Positions 27,401 through 37,700 of a stretch of 64,000 nt of DNA are shown here, in pieces; position 1 is the stretch's first letter, and the number at the start of each line of letters is the position of its first letter. Under the pieces are notes generated by a model. The model searched no databases, was not told where the DNA came from, and saw nothing but the letters and a program-made list of their open reading frames with translations. A program made the position numbers and the translations under genes. Source of the stretch: a virus. The DNA lies in IMG/VR virus record IMGVR_UViG_3300025108_000016; one strand, given 5' to 3'.

Positions 27401-29705
27401 TGTTTCTGTAATGAAAGTAACTAATACAGGATCTAATTATGATTCTGCAACTATCACCATTGAGTCTCCAAGTCTTCCTGGTGGCAGTAACGCTACTGGT
27501 AGTGTTAAAGTATCTGATGGTCTCATCTATGACACTACAATTACACTTTCTGGTAGAGGTTATACAGAACCACCTTCTGTTGTTATTAGAGGATCTGGTA
27601 TCGGTAACACTGGTGCTACTATTGAAACTGAAATTGAAATCACAGAACCTGCTGTCAGAATGGGTGTTGCTGAAGATGTGGATGGCGGTATCCCATCAGT
27701 AACTCCAACTAACTTTATGTTTGACTACCCTGTATTCTTGCAAAACAATACAGAATATTCTCTAGTTGTAGAAACTGATTCTAAAGACTATAACATTTGG
27801 GTATCTAAGTTAGGTGAAACTGAAATTGCTACAAATACAACAGTTACCACAAATCCATCACTAGGATCTGTTTACAAATCACAGAATACTGGTTCCTGGG
27901 TAGAGGATCTATTTGAAGATATTAAATTTACTCTATACAGAGCAGAGTTTGATATCTCTAATACTGCATCCATTGATCTCACAACTATTAGTCAAGGTTA
28001 TGAGAACATGATCGAGAATCCTCTAGAAACATATGCATTTGCTAATGCCAATGCAACATCATCTCTCTTTAAAAATAACAATAACATTATTAAAGTAAAT
28101 CATAAAAATCATGGTTTTGATTTAAACAATTCGTATGTATTCTTTAAAAATTTAGATACGACTGCTGGATTCACTCAAGGTTCTTTGAATACAACTCTAT
28201 TTAAAGTTTCCAATGCTGGTCTTGACACATTTAATATCAGTGGTATTGGTAGAGCAGCAGACACAATTACTGGTGGCGGCGCAAATGGATTGATTGCTTC
28301 TAATAAAAAATATGAAAGACTATTAGCACAGATTGCTTACTTGCAGTCTCCTTCTACAAACATCGAAACTTTTGTTAAATCAACAGATGTTATTGCTGTT
28401 GACTCTTCAACTGAAAACTATAACTCATATGGTCCAGTAGATTTTGAGAAGACTTTCCTAAATGAAGAGCAATTCTTTATTAATCAAAAAGTAATTGCTT
28501 CTGATATTAATGTTTTGATGAATGATTTAGAAAGAAGTCTTACTTACAGATTAAATCTATCATCCAACAAATCTTATCTTTCTCCAATTATTGATTTAAA
28601 TACCTCTTCTATTAAAATTTCTTCTAATAGAGTTGAGAATGCCAAAGGAAAGGAAGGAAGATATGGCAAGAGATTGCAAGTTGTAGAATTCTTCCCAGTA
28701 TATTCATTTGTTGTCGCTGGTAATAGTGTTGACGTAAGTCTTGGACAAACAGTAGAAGGTGTTGGTTACGAGGCAAGCGGTATTGAGGCATCTGGTGCTC
28801 GCGGAGAAATTGTATTCTGGAATCAATCAAACTCCACGATACTTGTCAAGGTTAAAAATCAAAGCAACTTTATATCTGGAGAGCAATTATTCTTCTCCAT
28901 TCAATCGCAAGCAGGTGAAAGTTTTGAAAATGACACCATTAGAATTTCTGGGGCGGCACCACAACTCATTAGACCTAACTTCAATTTTGATCAATTAGTG
29001 ACAGCAATTAATCCTTCTGCCACTACGACAAATTATGATAATTTAATTGCAGGAACAGTTACTTCTTGGGATGTTCCTAATCAAATATTGATTTTGGAAA
29101 ATGATAAAGAACCTGTCAATTCTGACTATAATTCAGATAACAAATCTGGTTCATTTGTTAGAGCACAGCAAGTTGCAGATCAAGCATCTGATATTCTTAG
29201 AGTTGGTGATCTTGTTTCCTGGTCTGGGTTGATAGCAGGTTATGAAAAGTTATACGAAATTAAATCTATGAGATTTACTGATGGAGTTGACTTTGTTCCT
29301 GAAAATAGTGCTAAAGAAACATCTGCTGTTGCTAAGTACACCACAAAAGAAATTGCTCTTAAGACTCAAGCATCAGGAATTGATGTTATCATTACTGCAA
29401 ACGTATCAAATTCTGAAAATATTAAACTATCCTACAAAACAAAAACAACTTCTGTTCAGAAGAAATTTGAGGATATTGAATGGATTCTATTTAATGATAC
29501 TGGTATGCCTATCAATCCAGAGAATGCAACTCCACAAAATACTATCTCCGCTCAGAAAGAAGAACAATCTGCTTATCAAGAGTTCAGATATAGTGTTGAC
29601 AACTTAGATGACTTTATTTCGTTTGGTGTCAAAGTTACCATGTCATCTGATGATCCTGCATATGTACCCAAAATTCAGGATATTAGAGTAGTTGCTTCGG
29701 TATGA
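21483..29705 (+). CDS. Large virion structural protein, VrlC/DUF4815-like
   Basis: MPQNTNLN.SPYF.DF....FYKVLFRPG..VQ.RELT; KRYTMKDIG.L..RV..LEYYTSL; NPLAQTF; late promoter CTAAATA at 21442-21448. Confidence 0.85.
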   Translation: MPQNTNLNASPYFEDFDSQNNFYKVLFRPGFAVQTRELTTLQSVLQTQLESFGRNVFKQGDLVVPGEVGFNTKLNYVKLSSVSEVAISDEAGNVVYQKYDISQLVGLKIQGVSSSVIASVIATEFGSDTESDTIYVNYLDSGASGDEERFRQGETLEVIGGVNSPLLVVGTDGVSLPTSISVTDPDTGIEQFIDSPALGFASAIKVEEGIYFVNGYFVRNAEQLLVVSKYYDAPSSKIGFKIVESLVTPEEDSSLYDNARGYSNFSAPGAHRLKISLELVKYGYYDLTDKNFIQLLLIKSGTIQKQIKANDYSLVEAAIAKKTFDESGDYVVEPFPLQVREYYQNDNNLGFYTADADGLVNGLSVNQASAKLLGTIGSGKAYIKGYEVKNKESKYLEIDKARDTIKRENQTLKTTGLTSFYISNVYGTTPLNAEGAELTSYPTLFLNSTYNDGSVGLNDTEANDGVKQTTNRRGQGYGVEEGVKTIYCQIEAGSGFGIADMTDANFKSTFKKLYFIKTRSSSQVTSFGEVDVLAFSIVSRPEISAAGANQFVEITVKGNRSELDIFVIDYDASASNKLRKLFKSQADVEDNSSELFDLRDYNETITPIVGIAKPKNIALKEISSGFNKDLDKIVSKGRLAGGLEQYNSIFDLSYFAPQFFTRILLETQITGDSFNPGKYIYGSISGAIAVIEGGTLATYSSVAKLFVTMVFGEFKGGETITSETGETIKIATDNTISHFIIPTRGDSYAAGTRIILDGVTFDESSIAIVRSGAGALDSIYVSDRNSTDTLYSRPPIVEFTGTVPTNAAIVTPVLFRNTVYTYSPKNIKSVFSQFGSGNANKFSADIELEKTGYVNTLSVTDFTFSGTAGYKFIECNGFGGDASKNLVQGDVVQFSDVTGAVYKYIVQYATRPDGTKRSRIYLDRVLQANAENASVVLQRPIIENPSGTLVFPTGDKQIKTLIDSSEDSKIKYYFRRDFITSAASASGNLTFAAQLPFGTQRFAPFSDKNFLITVLETGVAEHAIDSSGALQLFGGPLKKGDVVYVDPEYVTIAQSDSNLTAGSVTINFPENHFGDITALRTALEARAANPQSGDPDWTLPENNFPKMKLTATLEVSKAKPRLKTSILNKQIIVQSGGTSVVPLRGQELGGETIQITSYSDVFKLRYVYEGSVSSPPTVDAGGNLISGVDVSNKYTFDNGQRDTFYDVARLVLKPGLTAPTGQLVIAFDYFEHSQGDFCTIDSYLHEAGVTEKDIPSFNSSVSGLVSLKDVIDFRPKVDNSNILPGYQDKTFLSESDFLSFSGVSGIPANCPSDDSNLEFTIKYNKEQYLDRIDGVFLNTDGNFVVKKGNSSLNPSRPETISDSTPLYYLYIPAFTDSYRDVRIIPVENKRYTMKDIGKLNQRVERLEYYTSLSVLEQQTLNMQVTDDIGLDRFKCGFYVDNFETHKGDIKSIDHVCSIDTQQSVLRPQVSEDSFLVKEINTRNDQREVSGYVNNKGVLTLPYTNRRLLGNNFATKTINPNPFVVLQYVGDLSVDPNVDSWYDRSIAPLVTDNNTDLFVPFLAKEDLEVAFASLYNSFIVTWSGTERSFYNINPLSKTNTEISGEEVIKANVASSSNISPMNNEIGKGISSRTSRGKSVAAALQYFARSIPVKFTIRRLKPKTEVYVYLEGKKINRWVVPDIRFTGIPGNSLSTFNAPIITDESGNASGIVLIPAGKAPRESAAWTGEAETVSYDDSSEEVRITTGEKTLRFTSSATNRNKADVETFAETKFYASGLLPDNPASIVSTKPAYFKANEGTQLVTNNTEVEQKPNPLAQTFKVEEYDEGVFATGVDLYISKKSDSIPIRVYLTDVDSEKPGKNIIPGTEIVKEPYTYVKAYVSASVTVIKEENIIGVTTNASGPILKILDKNNNQLPVSEDNEIQLNNEQVYTFVLSNNNGTAFIANEELKLNSITVFNNANNTEISARIAKDSGVVSVMKVTNTGSNYDSATITIESPSLPGGSNATGSVKVSDGLIYDTTITLSGRGYTEPPSVVIRGSGIGNTGATIETEIEITEPAVRMGVAEDVDGGIPSVTPTNFMFDYPVFLQNNTEYSLVVETDSKDYNIWVSKLGETEIATNTTVTTNPSLGSVYKSQNTGSWVEDLFEDIKFTLYRAEFDISNTASIDLTTISQGYENMIENPLETYAFANANATSSLFKNNNNIIKVNHKNHGFDLNNSYVFFKNLDTTAGFTQGSLNTTLFKVSNAGLDTFNISGIGRAADTITGGGANGLIASNKKYERLLAQIAYLQSPSTNIETFVKSTDVIAVDSSTENYNSYGPVDFEKTFLNEEQFFINQKVIASDINVLMNDLERSLTYRLNLSSNKSYLSPIIDLNTSSIKISSNRVENAKGKEGRYGKRLQVVEFFPVYSFVVAGNSVDVSLGQTVEGVGYEASGIEASGARGEIVFWNQSNSTILVKVKNQSNFISGEQLFFSIQSQAGESFENDTIRISGAAPQLIRPNFNFDQLVTAINPSATTTNYDNLIAGTVTSWDVPNQILILENDKEPVNSDYNSDNKSGSFVRAQQVADQASDILRVGDLVSWSGLIAGYEKLYEIKSMRFTDGVDFVPENSAKETSAVAKYTTKEIALKTQASGIDVIITANVSNSENIKLSYKTKTTSVQKKFEDIEWILFNDTGMPINPENATPQNTISAQKEEQSAYQEFRYSVDNLDDFISFGVKVTMSSDDPAYVPKIQDIRVVASV

Positions 29706-29896
29706 TAAAGGTTGAAGGTCATGATGGTCTTTATCGAGACCCAGATTCGGGGGCGATTGTAACTACACGATCGTCTCCTAATAAGACCGCATCCCATACA
29801 ATCAAAGGAATGCGGACTGACATAAATACATTGAAGGAAGAACTATCTGATATTAAACATCTTCTTAGAGAGATATTAAGAAATGCCAGCAATTAA
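29702..29896 (+). CDS. Small conserved coiled-coil protein following the VrlC-like gene
   Basis: IKVEGH.GLYRD..SGAI...EL..IK.LL motif; coupled to both neighbours. Confidence 0.8.
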   Translation: MIKVEGHDGLYRDPDSGAIVTTRSSPNKTASHTIKGMRTDINTLKEELSDIKHLLREILRNASN

Positions 29897-32800
29897 CGTC
29901 GCAAAAACAGATACCTTTGAGATTCAAAGGCAGAAGATCAATAATATTGGAACGCAAATTTTCAATATTTCGGCTGGTGGTAGTGACCTGGCTACTGGAG
30001 AATTAAAACTAGGAGACGGAACTAAAACAGCTCCTTCTCTGGCATTCACTAGTGAAGGAACTTTAGGTTTATACAAACCAGCATCACAAGAGATTGGTTT
30101 TGTTGCTGCTGGTAAAGATATTATCAACTATAGACCAGATGGTATTTACTCTTTCCAAGATCTTTATATTAGAAAAAGAATTCTATTGAATTCTGGTCTT
30201 ACTATTCAGGATGAAGGTCAGAATTATGATCCAGGTGTATATACTGGTCTTGACCTAACAGGTGGTTCTGGTTCTAATGGTTTAATTGACATAGTTGTTG
30301 AAGCGTTTAATGGATCTGTAACTAATAATGGTAATAACTATCTTTCAGGAGATTATAGTGATATTCCTTTAGTTACTGATGGTAGTGGTTCTGGAGTTCA
30401 GGTCTCGTTTTCTACTGCCGCACCAGTAATTGCAATTGGAAACGCTGGTAGTGGTTATGATGATAATGAATATGGTTCTGTTGAACCAGTATCATCTGGA
30501 AATGGAACTGGTTTAGTTGTAACACTAATTGTTGCTGGTGGTGTATTGACATCTGTTTCTGTAGACGAAACAGGAAGTGGTCACGATTCATCCGATACAT
30601 TTACAATTGATAACACGACGCTAACTTATATTGATGAAGCTACAGGACTAGAGTCACAGAGTGGTGGTTCTGGCATTCAATTAACTATTAGTAATAACGT
30701 TAATGAAGTTGATGTAGCAACTTTAACTTTTCAAGAAAAAGGATCTGGTCACGCAGTTGGAAACAATCTAACAACTCCTGGTTCTATAACTAAAACAGCA
30801 GATTTGCCTGGTGCGGTAACTGGTCTTTCGACTACAGTTAGTACTGCTAGTGCAAACATTACAGTATCCTCAACTACTGGTATTGTTAATGGAATGATTG
30901 CTACCCAGACTGGTGGGGATGGCGCTATTGAAGGAAGTTCAGTTGTACAAAGTGTTATTAATGGAACCACTATTCAACTATCTGAGTTGCCAACAGTAGC
31001 TGGTACTGCAACTATTGATTTTACTAGTGATCCTGTTGACACTATAACTGTTAGTGACGCAAGTGATGTAATTAATGGTGGTATTGTTACTGGTGGTGGA
31101 TATACTGGCGTTGTTGGTGGCATTGATTACGATCTGAATGTTATTACTTTAGATCCAGCACCAGTAGGTGGTGCTCAAGCAGGAGTTACATTTACTATCG
31201 CTCCACCATACGGATCTGGTAGTGGATTTAACTTTGAAATTGATGCTGTTGGTGTTGTTACTACAGGAACTTTATCATCTTCGGGTGAAGGTAATGGTTA
31301 TGCTGTTGGTGATGTACTAACAATTAACCCACTCAGTGTTACTCAACCACTTGAATACGAGACTATAGTATTTCCTGGTCAGTTACTTACTGTTGCTTCT
31401 CCAATTAATGTTAGCGTTGGTAGTGTAATTAACGGATACACTCCACCTGATACCGAAGCAGGAACACCTGCAGAATATGGCGAAGACATGGAAGTCATTG
31501 CTATCACTGCAGGAAGTCCTGGTGCGGCAACTGGATTTATCGCAGGGTCTGCTACTCAATTAGATGCAGGTGCTGAATTCGGTATTAATAGTTCTGGAGT
31601 ATTCACAGTTGTTACTTACGATCCTGCAGGAAGATTTTATATTGATGATGGAAACGGATCAAATCTCCAACCAAATTACACACTATACTCAGGTAACACA
31701 TACTACTTCAATCAATCTGATGGAAGTTTTTCAGTTCACCCAATGAGTTTCTCGCAGCATCCTGATGGAACTAGGAATGTTGTTGAAAATATTACTACTA
31801 CGCTATCAGTAGGTTCAAATACTTTTACTGCTAGTAGTACTACTGGTATTCTAGAAGGAATGATTGTTGCTGTTACAGATGATGGTCCTGGTGGTGTTTC
31901 AATCGGAACAACCGTTACCAGTGTTGTTGGTACTACAATTACCATGTCCGAACCTGCTGTAGCAGATGGAGCAGCAACTCTAAGTTTCTCTGGTGCGGCA
32001 TATACTGATGGCGTAGTACAGGGTGCAGCAGGAAACCAAATTACAATTACCGCTGCAACACCAAATCCACTTTATTATTATTGCCCGAACCATAATGGAA
32101 TGGGTGGCGAACATACAATTGATTTAAACAACCCTAAAGTATTTGGTTCTAATTTAGAAATTCTAGTTTCATCTGTTGATGTTGATGATATTATTAGTGC
32201 GGATATTAACTTAGGTATTTTTGATGCTGTTAAGTTAACTTCAGAAACTTCAACCATTGGCGAAGGAACCTTCACGACAAGTGCTACTGCGCCTCTTGGT
32301 ACTATCGATACATTAAATTCAACTAATATTATTGCTGTTACTGGAGGAAATTTAAATCTCACTTCTGCAGCAGATCTTATATTGCAAGCTGTTGAAGTTA
32401 AATTTGGTACAGGTATTAAATTAAATTCTGCTCTCAATTTAATTGAGACTACTGGAGAAATTAAAACAACTACCAAACTTAATGTTAATGATAGACTCAG
32501 TATTGTTAATAACAATATTTCAACAACTTCTCTTGATGATATTGTACTAACTCCTGGTCTTGGTAAAGTTGCAAAAGTTGATACCACAACTGCATTTACA
32601 ATTCCTGTTGGTACTACAAATGATCGTCCTGGTGTGCTCTCTGTAGAGAGTGGTCAGATTAGATTTAATACAGATACTAATCAGTATGAGGGTTATAGTT
32701 CTACTGCTGGTGCATGGAATTCTCTTGGTGGTGTACGTGACCTAGACGGAAATACCTTTATTCTTGCCGAAGAATTTATCGGTGCTAACGATAATACACT

Positions 32801-34151
32801 TTATTTCGTTAATGATGCTGTCACAACAATGAAGTTGGACAGAAACTTCCTTGATTTCTTTACAACTAAAGATATTAAATCTACTAGAATTGGGGCACCA
32901 GACAATAGAAATTGGAACACAAATACTCCTGTTACTCAAGGAGAATATCTAAAGTTTGGTTTGAATCTATTTGAGGTAGTAACTGCTGGTGTTACTGGAA
33001 CATCAGGTAATGAACCTAGAAATACTACTGGAAATAATTTCAATAATGGTAGTTCTGTTCTTAAATTTGATTCTCTAGCAGTTGCTCCAATTGACTTTAA
33101 TGAAGTTGAGATTGTTAGGATTGGTTCAAGCAATCCAATTCCTCTAGAGATTAATGGCGATTTGAAATTGTTTAACAATACAATTTCTACTAATGTTAGC
33201 GACCTTGAGTTTGTTCCAAATCCAGGACAAAAAGTTAAAATTGATTCCAACACATCTCTTGTAGTTCCAGTTGGAGACTCCAACTCTAGAGGAAATGCCG
33301 AGACAGGTTCTATTCGCTATAACACAAGTGACCTAACATATGAAGGTTATGATGGATCTCAGTGGGGATCTCTCGGTGGTGTTAAAGACGTTGATCAGAA
33401 CACTTACATTATTCCTGAAACTGCTCCTGGCGCAAATGAAAATATTCTATACTTCTATAATAATGGTCTGAACACCCTGCAACTTACTGAAAATGCATTA
33501 GAGTTTCGTGACATTGATACCATCACTTCTTTGGGAGCAGGTGGTATCAAAGATTTGCTTAATATTAATGCAAATAAAGTTACATTTGATAATCTCGCAA
33601 CTACGCTTGATAATACGAGTGCTGACTCTACCTTCTTATTTTGCACAAAACAAAATTTTGATTTAGGTTTATCTGCTGGTTTGACTACAGATACATTGGT
33701 CAGACTTACAGCTGACGGAGATGTATTCTTCAACTTAGGTTTTGGAACAGGAAATTACAATGATCTCAAGATTCTTGATAGCGAACTGAGTGCATTTGAA
33801 CTACAAAAATTTGCAGTTCGCACTGAGCAAAGTAATCTAGTTAAAGATACTATTGATCAAGGTGCCACAGTTCTTTATAATCCTGCAGTAGAAGCATCGG
33901 CAAAGGTAACACTAACAGCACATAATAAAACTTCTGGAAACAAAGAATTTTTAGAGTTTGCTGTTATTGATAACGGCACTGATATTTCATATACTGAATA
34001 TAATAATCTTAAGACTGGACAAGAAATTGTTTCAGTCGAATTCGACTTTGATGCTAATAGTGATGTTCGCATTACATATACATTGGATACGAATTTAAAT
34101 ACAGGTAATGTAGTAGACGTTACAGTCGTCAATCAAGTAACTAAGAGGTAA
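29883..34151 (+). CDS. Large fibre/baseplate-associated structural protein (1422 aa)
   Basis: N-terminal TDTFE.QRQKIN; Gly/Thr-rich beta repeats; two P.G....R...G.IR(F/Y)NT....EGY....W.SLGGV modules; cupredoxin-like motif. Confidence 0.8.
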   Translation: MPAINVAKTDTFEIQRQKINNIGTQIFNISAGGSDLATGELKLGDGTKTAPSLAFTSEGTLGLYKPASQEIGFVAAGKDIINYRPDGIYSFQDLYIRKRILLNSGLTIQDEGQNYDPGVYTGLDLTGGSGSNGLIDIVVEAFNGSVTNNGNNYLSGDYSDIPLVTDGSGSGVQVSFSTAAPVIAIGNAGSGYDDNEYGSVEPVSSGNGTGLVVTLIVAGGVLTSVSVDETGSGHDSSDTFTIDNTTLTYIDEATGLESQSGGSGIQLTISNNVNEVDVATLTFQEKGSGHAVGNNLTTPGSITKTADLPGAVTGLSTTVSTASANITVSSTTGIVNGMIATQTGGDGAIEGSSVVQSVINGTTIQLSELPTVAGTATIDFTSDPVDTITVSDASDVINGGIVTGGGYTGVVGGIDYDLNVITLDPAPVGGAQAGVTFTIAPPYGSGSGFNFEIDAVGVVTTGTLSSSGEGNGYAVGDVLTINPLSVTQPLEYETIVFPGQLLTVASPINVSVGSVINGYTPPDTEAGTPAEYGEDMEVIAITAGSPGAATGFIAGSATQLDAGAEFGINSSGVFTVVTYDPAGRFYIDDGNGSNLQPNYTLYSGNTYYFNQSDGSFSVHPMSFSQHPDGTRNVVENITTTLSVGSNTFTASSTTGILEGMIVAVTDDGPGGVSIGTTVTSVVGTTITMSEPAVADGAATLSFSGAAYTDGVVQGAAGNQITITAATPNPLYYYCPNHNGMGGEHTIDLNNPKVFGSNLEILVSSVDVDDIISADINLGIFDAVKLTSETSTIGEGTFTTSATAPLGTIDTLNSTNIIAVTGGNLNLTSAADLILQAVEVKFGTGIKLNSALNLIETTGEIKTTTKLNVNDRLSIVNNNISTTSLDDIVLTPGLGKVAKVDTTTAFTIPVGTTNDRPGVLSVESGQIRFNTDTNQYEGYSSTAGAWNSLGGVRDLDGNTFILAEEFIGANDNTLYFVNDAVTTMKLDRNFLDFFTTKDIKSTRIGAPDNRNWNTNTPVTQGEYLKFGLNLFEVVTAGVTGTSGNEPRNTTGNNFNNGSSVLKFDSLAVAPIDFNEVEIVRIGSSNPIPLEINGDLKLFNNTISTNVSDLEFVPNPGQKVKIDSNTSLVVPVGDSNSRGNAETGSIRYNTSDLTYEGYDGSQWGSLGGVKDVDQNTYIIPETAPGANENILYFYNNGLNTLQLTENALEFRDIDTITSLGAGGIKDLLNINANKVTFDNLATTLDNTSADSTFLFCTKQNFDLGLSAGLTTDTLVRLTADGDVFFNLGFGTGNYNDLKILDSELSAFELQKFAVRTEQSNLVKDTIDQGATVLYNPAVEASAKVTLTAHNKTSGNKEFLEFAVIDNGTDISYTEYNNLKTGQEIVSVEFDFDANSDVRITYTLDTNLNTGNVVDVTVVNQVTKR

Positions 34152-34153
34152 AA

Positions 34154-34663
34154 ATGGCATCTAATTTACAAAATTTAGATTCGCTAGGAGGTTTTTCTGT
34201 TGACAATACCACTATTGTTAACGAAACTTTTGATATCAAAAATGTTAATAGTCTGCAGGTAAAAAATTCTTTTTTTGCAGATAGTTATACAGAGCATTAT
34301 ATTATGAGAGGACTTAACACGTCTATTCTTGAAATTAATGATACTGGTGGTCAAATTTTTCTACCAGACAATACTATTAATTTTATTGAATCTACTATTG
34401 TTGGAGTGAATGATTCTGGTGGAGGAAATTTACTACAGAAAATGGAAAGTGCTATTTCTGTAAATTCTGCTGGTAGTTTAGCAGAAATGTCAACAATGAC
34501 CACTATCATAAAAGATACTGTTCCGCAAGGTCAAACTTGGACTATTAATCCTTTTGTTGGTGGTTCTTCAAATTCATTTAGTTATACAACTTCTAGAGCA
34601 GGTACAACCATTTCTATCAAGTGGATTGCATACGCTAGAGTTGTTAGCATTCAATGGACTTGA
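34154..34663 (+). CDS. Virion structural protein
   Basis: 169 aa between the two fibre genes; beta-rich. Confidence 0.7.
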   Translation: MASNLQNLDSLGGFSVDNTTIVNETFDIKNVNSLQVKNSFFADSYTEHYIMRGLNTSILEINDTGGQIFLPDNTINFIESTIVGVNDSGGGNLLQKMESAISVNSAGSLAEMSTMTTIIKDTVPQGQTWTINPFVGGSSNSFSYTTSRAGTTISIKWIAYARVVSIQWT

Positions 34664-34711
34664 TGCTAAATAGATAAGAGAATAAAACCTACGGCAAAGG
34701 CTGAGTAAGAA

Positions 34712-37700
34712 ATGAGTTTTCAGTTAAATTCCGACAGAGAAACTATTAGAGCCATTGCTCCTACTCTAATTGGATCTCAAGAATTATCCATTAGGGCAGG
34801 TTCTGGTTCTGACGAAAAGGAAGTACTCAGAACTCTACTTGATCCAGGGACAGACTTGCCGCGAGTCGGTATCAATAGGACTGGAAATAGAATTGACAGA
34901 GTTGTAGTAAATTTAGGTGGTACTGGATACACTATTCAACCAACTGTTAATATTGCTCCACCACCAGCTGGTGGTACTCAAGCAGTAGGTTCTGCAATTA
35001 TTGATGAAGGTTTTGTTACTGCCGTTCTTATTGACAATCCTGGTAAAGGATACATCACTGCTCCTGCCGTAACAATTACTGGTGGTAATGGTACAGGTGC
35101 TCAAGTCGAGGCATTCCTTGATACTGTTGATTTTGAACTTGACATTAATGGTGCTATTAGAACATCTACGTCGATCATTTCAGACACGGCGAGAATTCTA
35201 AACCTAGATATTGATAACTTTATCACTCCAGATGCTAAGTTTAGAGCACCTGATCTGAAAACTTATATGAACAACACGGGCATCCCATGGACTGCCCAAA
35301 CTATTGTTCAGAAAGATGCTTATAGGTATAGGGGTCCAAACGTTTATCAAGCACTGAATGCTGGTGAAACGGGAACTGTACCACCTCTACATAAAGATGG
35401 TATTGAAACCAACAATGAAGTTCAATTCAAGCATATTGGTTTTAGAGTAACTGATCCTTCAGCGTTCCAGTATAATGAGACTGGAGAATCTGGAGAGTTC
35501 CCTCGTTCTATCACACCTCTACTTGGTGATAGATCTACTAAAATTGCAACCACAGAATACGTCCTCAACCTAGCAACGAATGACGTTGGTGGTCGTATTT
35601 ACGTTTCAGCACAGATTGGTTCTGACCTAAACGATGGTCGTTCTGCTGTTGCTCCTGTTAGAACAATCAAGAAGGCAGCACAACTTGCATGGGCAACTCC
35701 TGGTGTCAAGGAGACTCTTATTGTTTCTGGTGGTGATTACGTAGAAGATAATCCAATTTCACTACCACCTGATGCATCAGTTGTTGGTGATAACCTACGT
35801 TTGGTTATCATTCGTCCTGCTAACCCAAGGAAGCACATCTTCAAGTTCGGTGACAAGAACTATGTCATTGGTGTTACGTATCGCGACCAAGTTGACTCTA
35901 CTGGAGATGCAGTAGCAACTTGGGACTTTGCGATGGTCTTTGACGACAAGCAAAGAATCAATTATGACTATACAGCAAATGGAGATTTCGGAACCTCTTT
36001 CCCAATTGGTACACAAATCTTTGGACCAGAAAAATTCCGTGCAGACTTCCAAACAAACACAGGTCTTGCAAATCTTACATCAAATTTAGCAGTCAAAGGT
36101 ATCAACACTGGTGCTGAAGGTATTATTAATGAAGTAAACTTCGGATCTATCGTTGGACCACAAGCTTACATTTCTGGTAAACTTGATTTTTCTGTTACCA
36201 GTGGCGCATTTACAGCGGGTGAAACTTTCTTGTTTGGTGGTACAGGGTCTATCAAATGGACTCCAAATACATCATATACAATTGGACAACTAGTTTGGGC
36301 AACTGATAATGTTTATCAAGTAGCTGTTGCTGGTACTTCTGCTGCATCATCTCCTATTCATACTACGGGAACAGTTGCTACTGGTCCCGATACACTAGAA
36401 CTTACGTTCCTTAGAGATGCATACGAATTTGTATCTACTGATATTAGATCAATTAGAGCAGAAGGCGAAGTTGTTTTTGAAGATACCAACATTACTGATG
36501 CTCTACCTCTCGTAAGAATTGATTTCTCCAAGCAAGGCACTGCAGAAGTTTCAACTGGTGGTTTTCAAGACCCTAATGTTGTAGAAGATAATGGTGGTAT
36601 TATATTCTACACCAATGCTTTGGTTGGTAGGCAGAACACTCATGATTTTAAGGAAGGAGATGAAATCGTTATTGAGGGAATGCCTACCAGTTCTCCTGAT
36701 CTATCTTTCCTGAATGGAAAGCAAAGAATTTACAAAGTTCTGGAAGATGCTGATGGTCGTTCAAGACGTTTTGTAATCCCCAAGAAAACTACGATTACTA
36801 CAACTGATAATTTTGATCCAGGTCAATTTTCATCTGTAAAACGTTATGGTAAGTCAATTACCATCTCCTTGCTGAACTCTCCTAATAGATTCCCAATGGC
36901 AACACCTGTTGCCAGAAGATTTCAAGATGCTTGTTTGCAAATTAGAAACAACGTAGAATTTATTGCAGATGAAGTTGTTGGAAAAGTTAATGATCAATTT
37001 AAGAAAGAATATTATTCTGTCTACGAAATTGGTGGCACTCCAGATTCTACACTTACTCCAACTGATGTAGACTATGATCCTGCTACTGGCATCGCTACAT
37101 TTACAGTAACTAGTCATGGACTTAGTATTGGAGATGGCGTTAGAATTACGGATGATTCTATCACACAAACCTGTGCGATGGATGGAAATAGAACAGAACA
37201 TACTTCACCTAATTCTCATCATTATTCTAGCGGAAAGACTCTACCAATTCGTTCTTCAGGATTTACAACTGATCAGTTTGAACTTTTTGTTGGCATCTCT
37301 GGTCCTGACCAGCAATTTACACCTACTGATGTAACTTACGATCCTGCAACTGGAAATGTAAATCTAACAATTGGTGCTCATACATTATCTGTTGGAGAAG
37401 GTATTGTTATTGATGACAATTCATTGTCCTTTACGTGTGACATGGATGGCGATCAGTCAGTTAAGAGTTATCCACGTCCTGGTATCGATCCTTTTGCTAG
37501 TAGATCTATTCCTATTACGGAAGTTTCTGAAACTAGTATTACTATCAATGCAGGAATTTCTGGTCCCAATAAGTATTTCCAACCATCTGCTGTAAACTAT
37601 AACGCTGCGACTGGTGACATGACTGTCACAGTTGGTCAGCATGGACTCGGAGTTGGACGCAATGTTGTTCTTGAAGATAACTCATTCACATTTACTTGTG

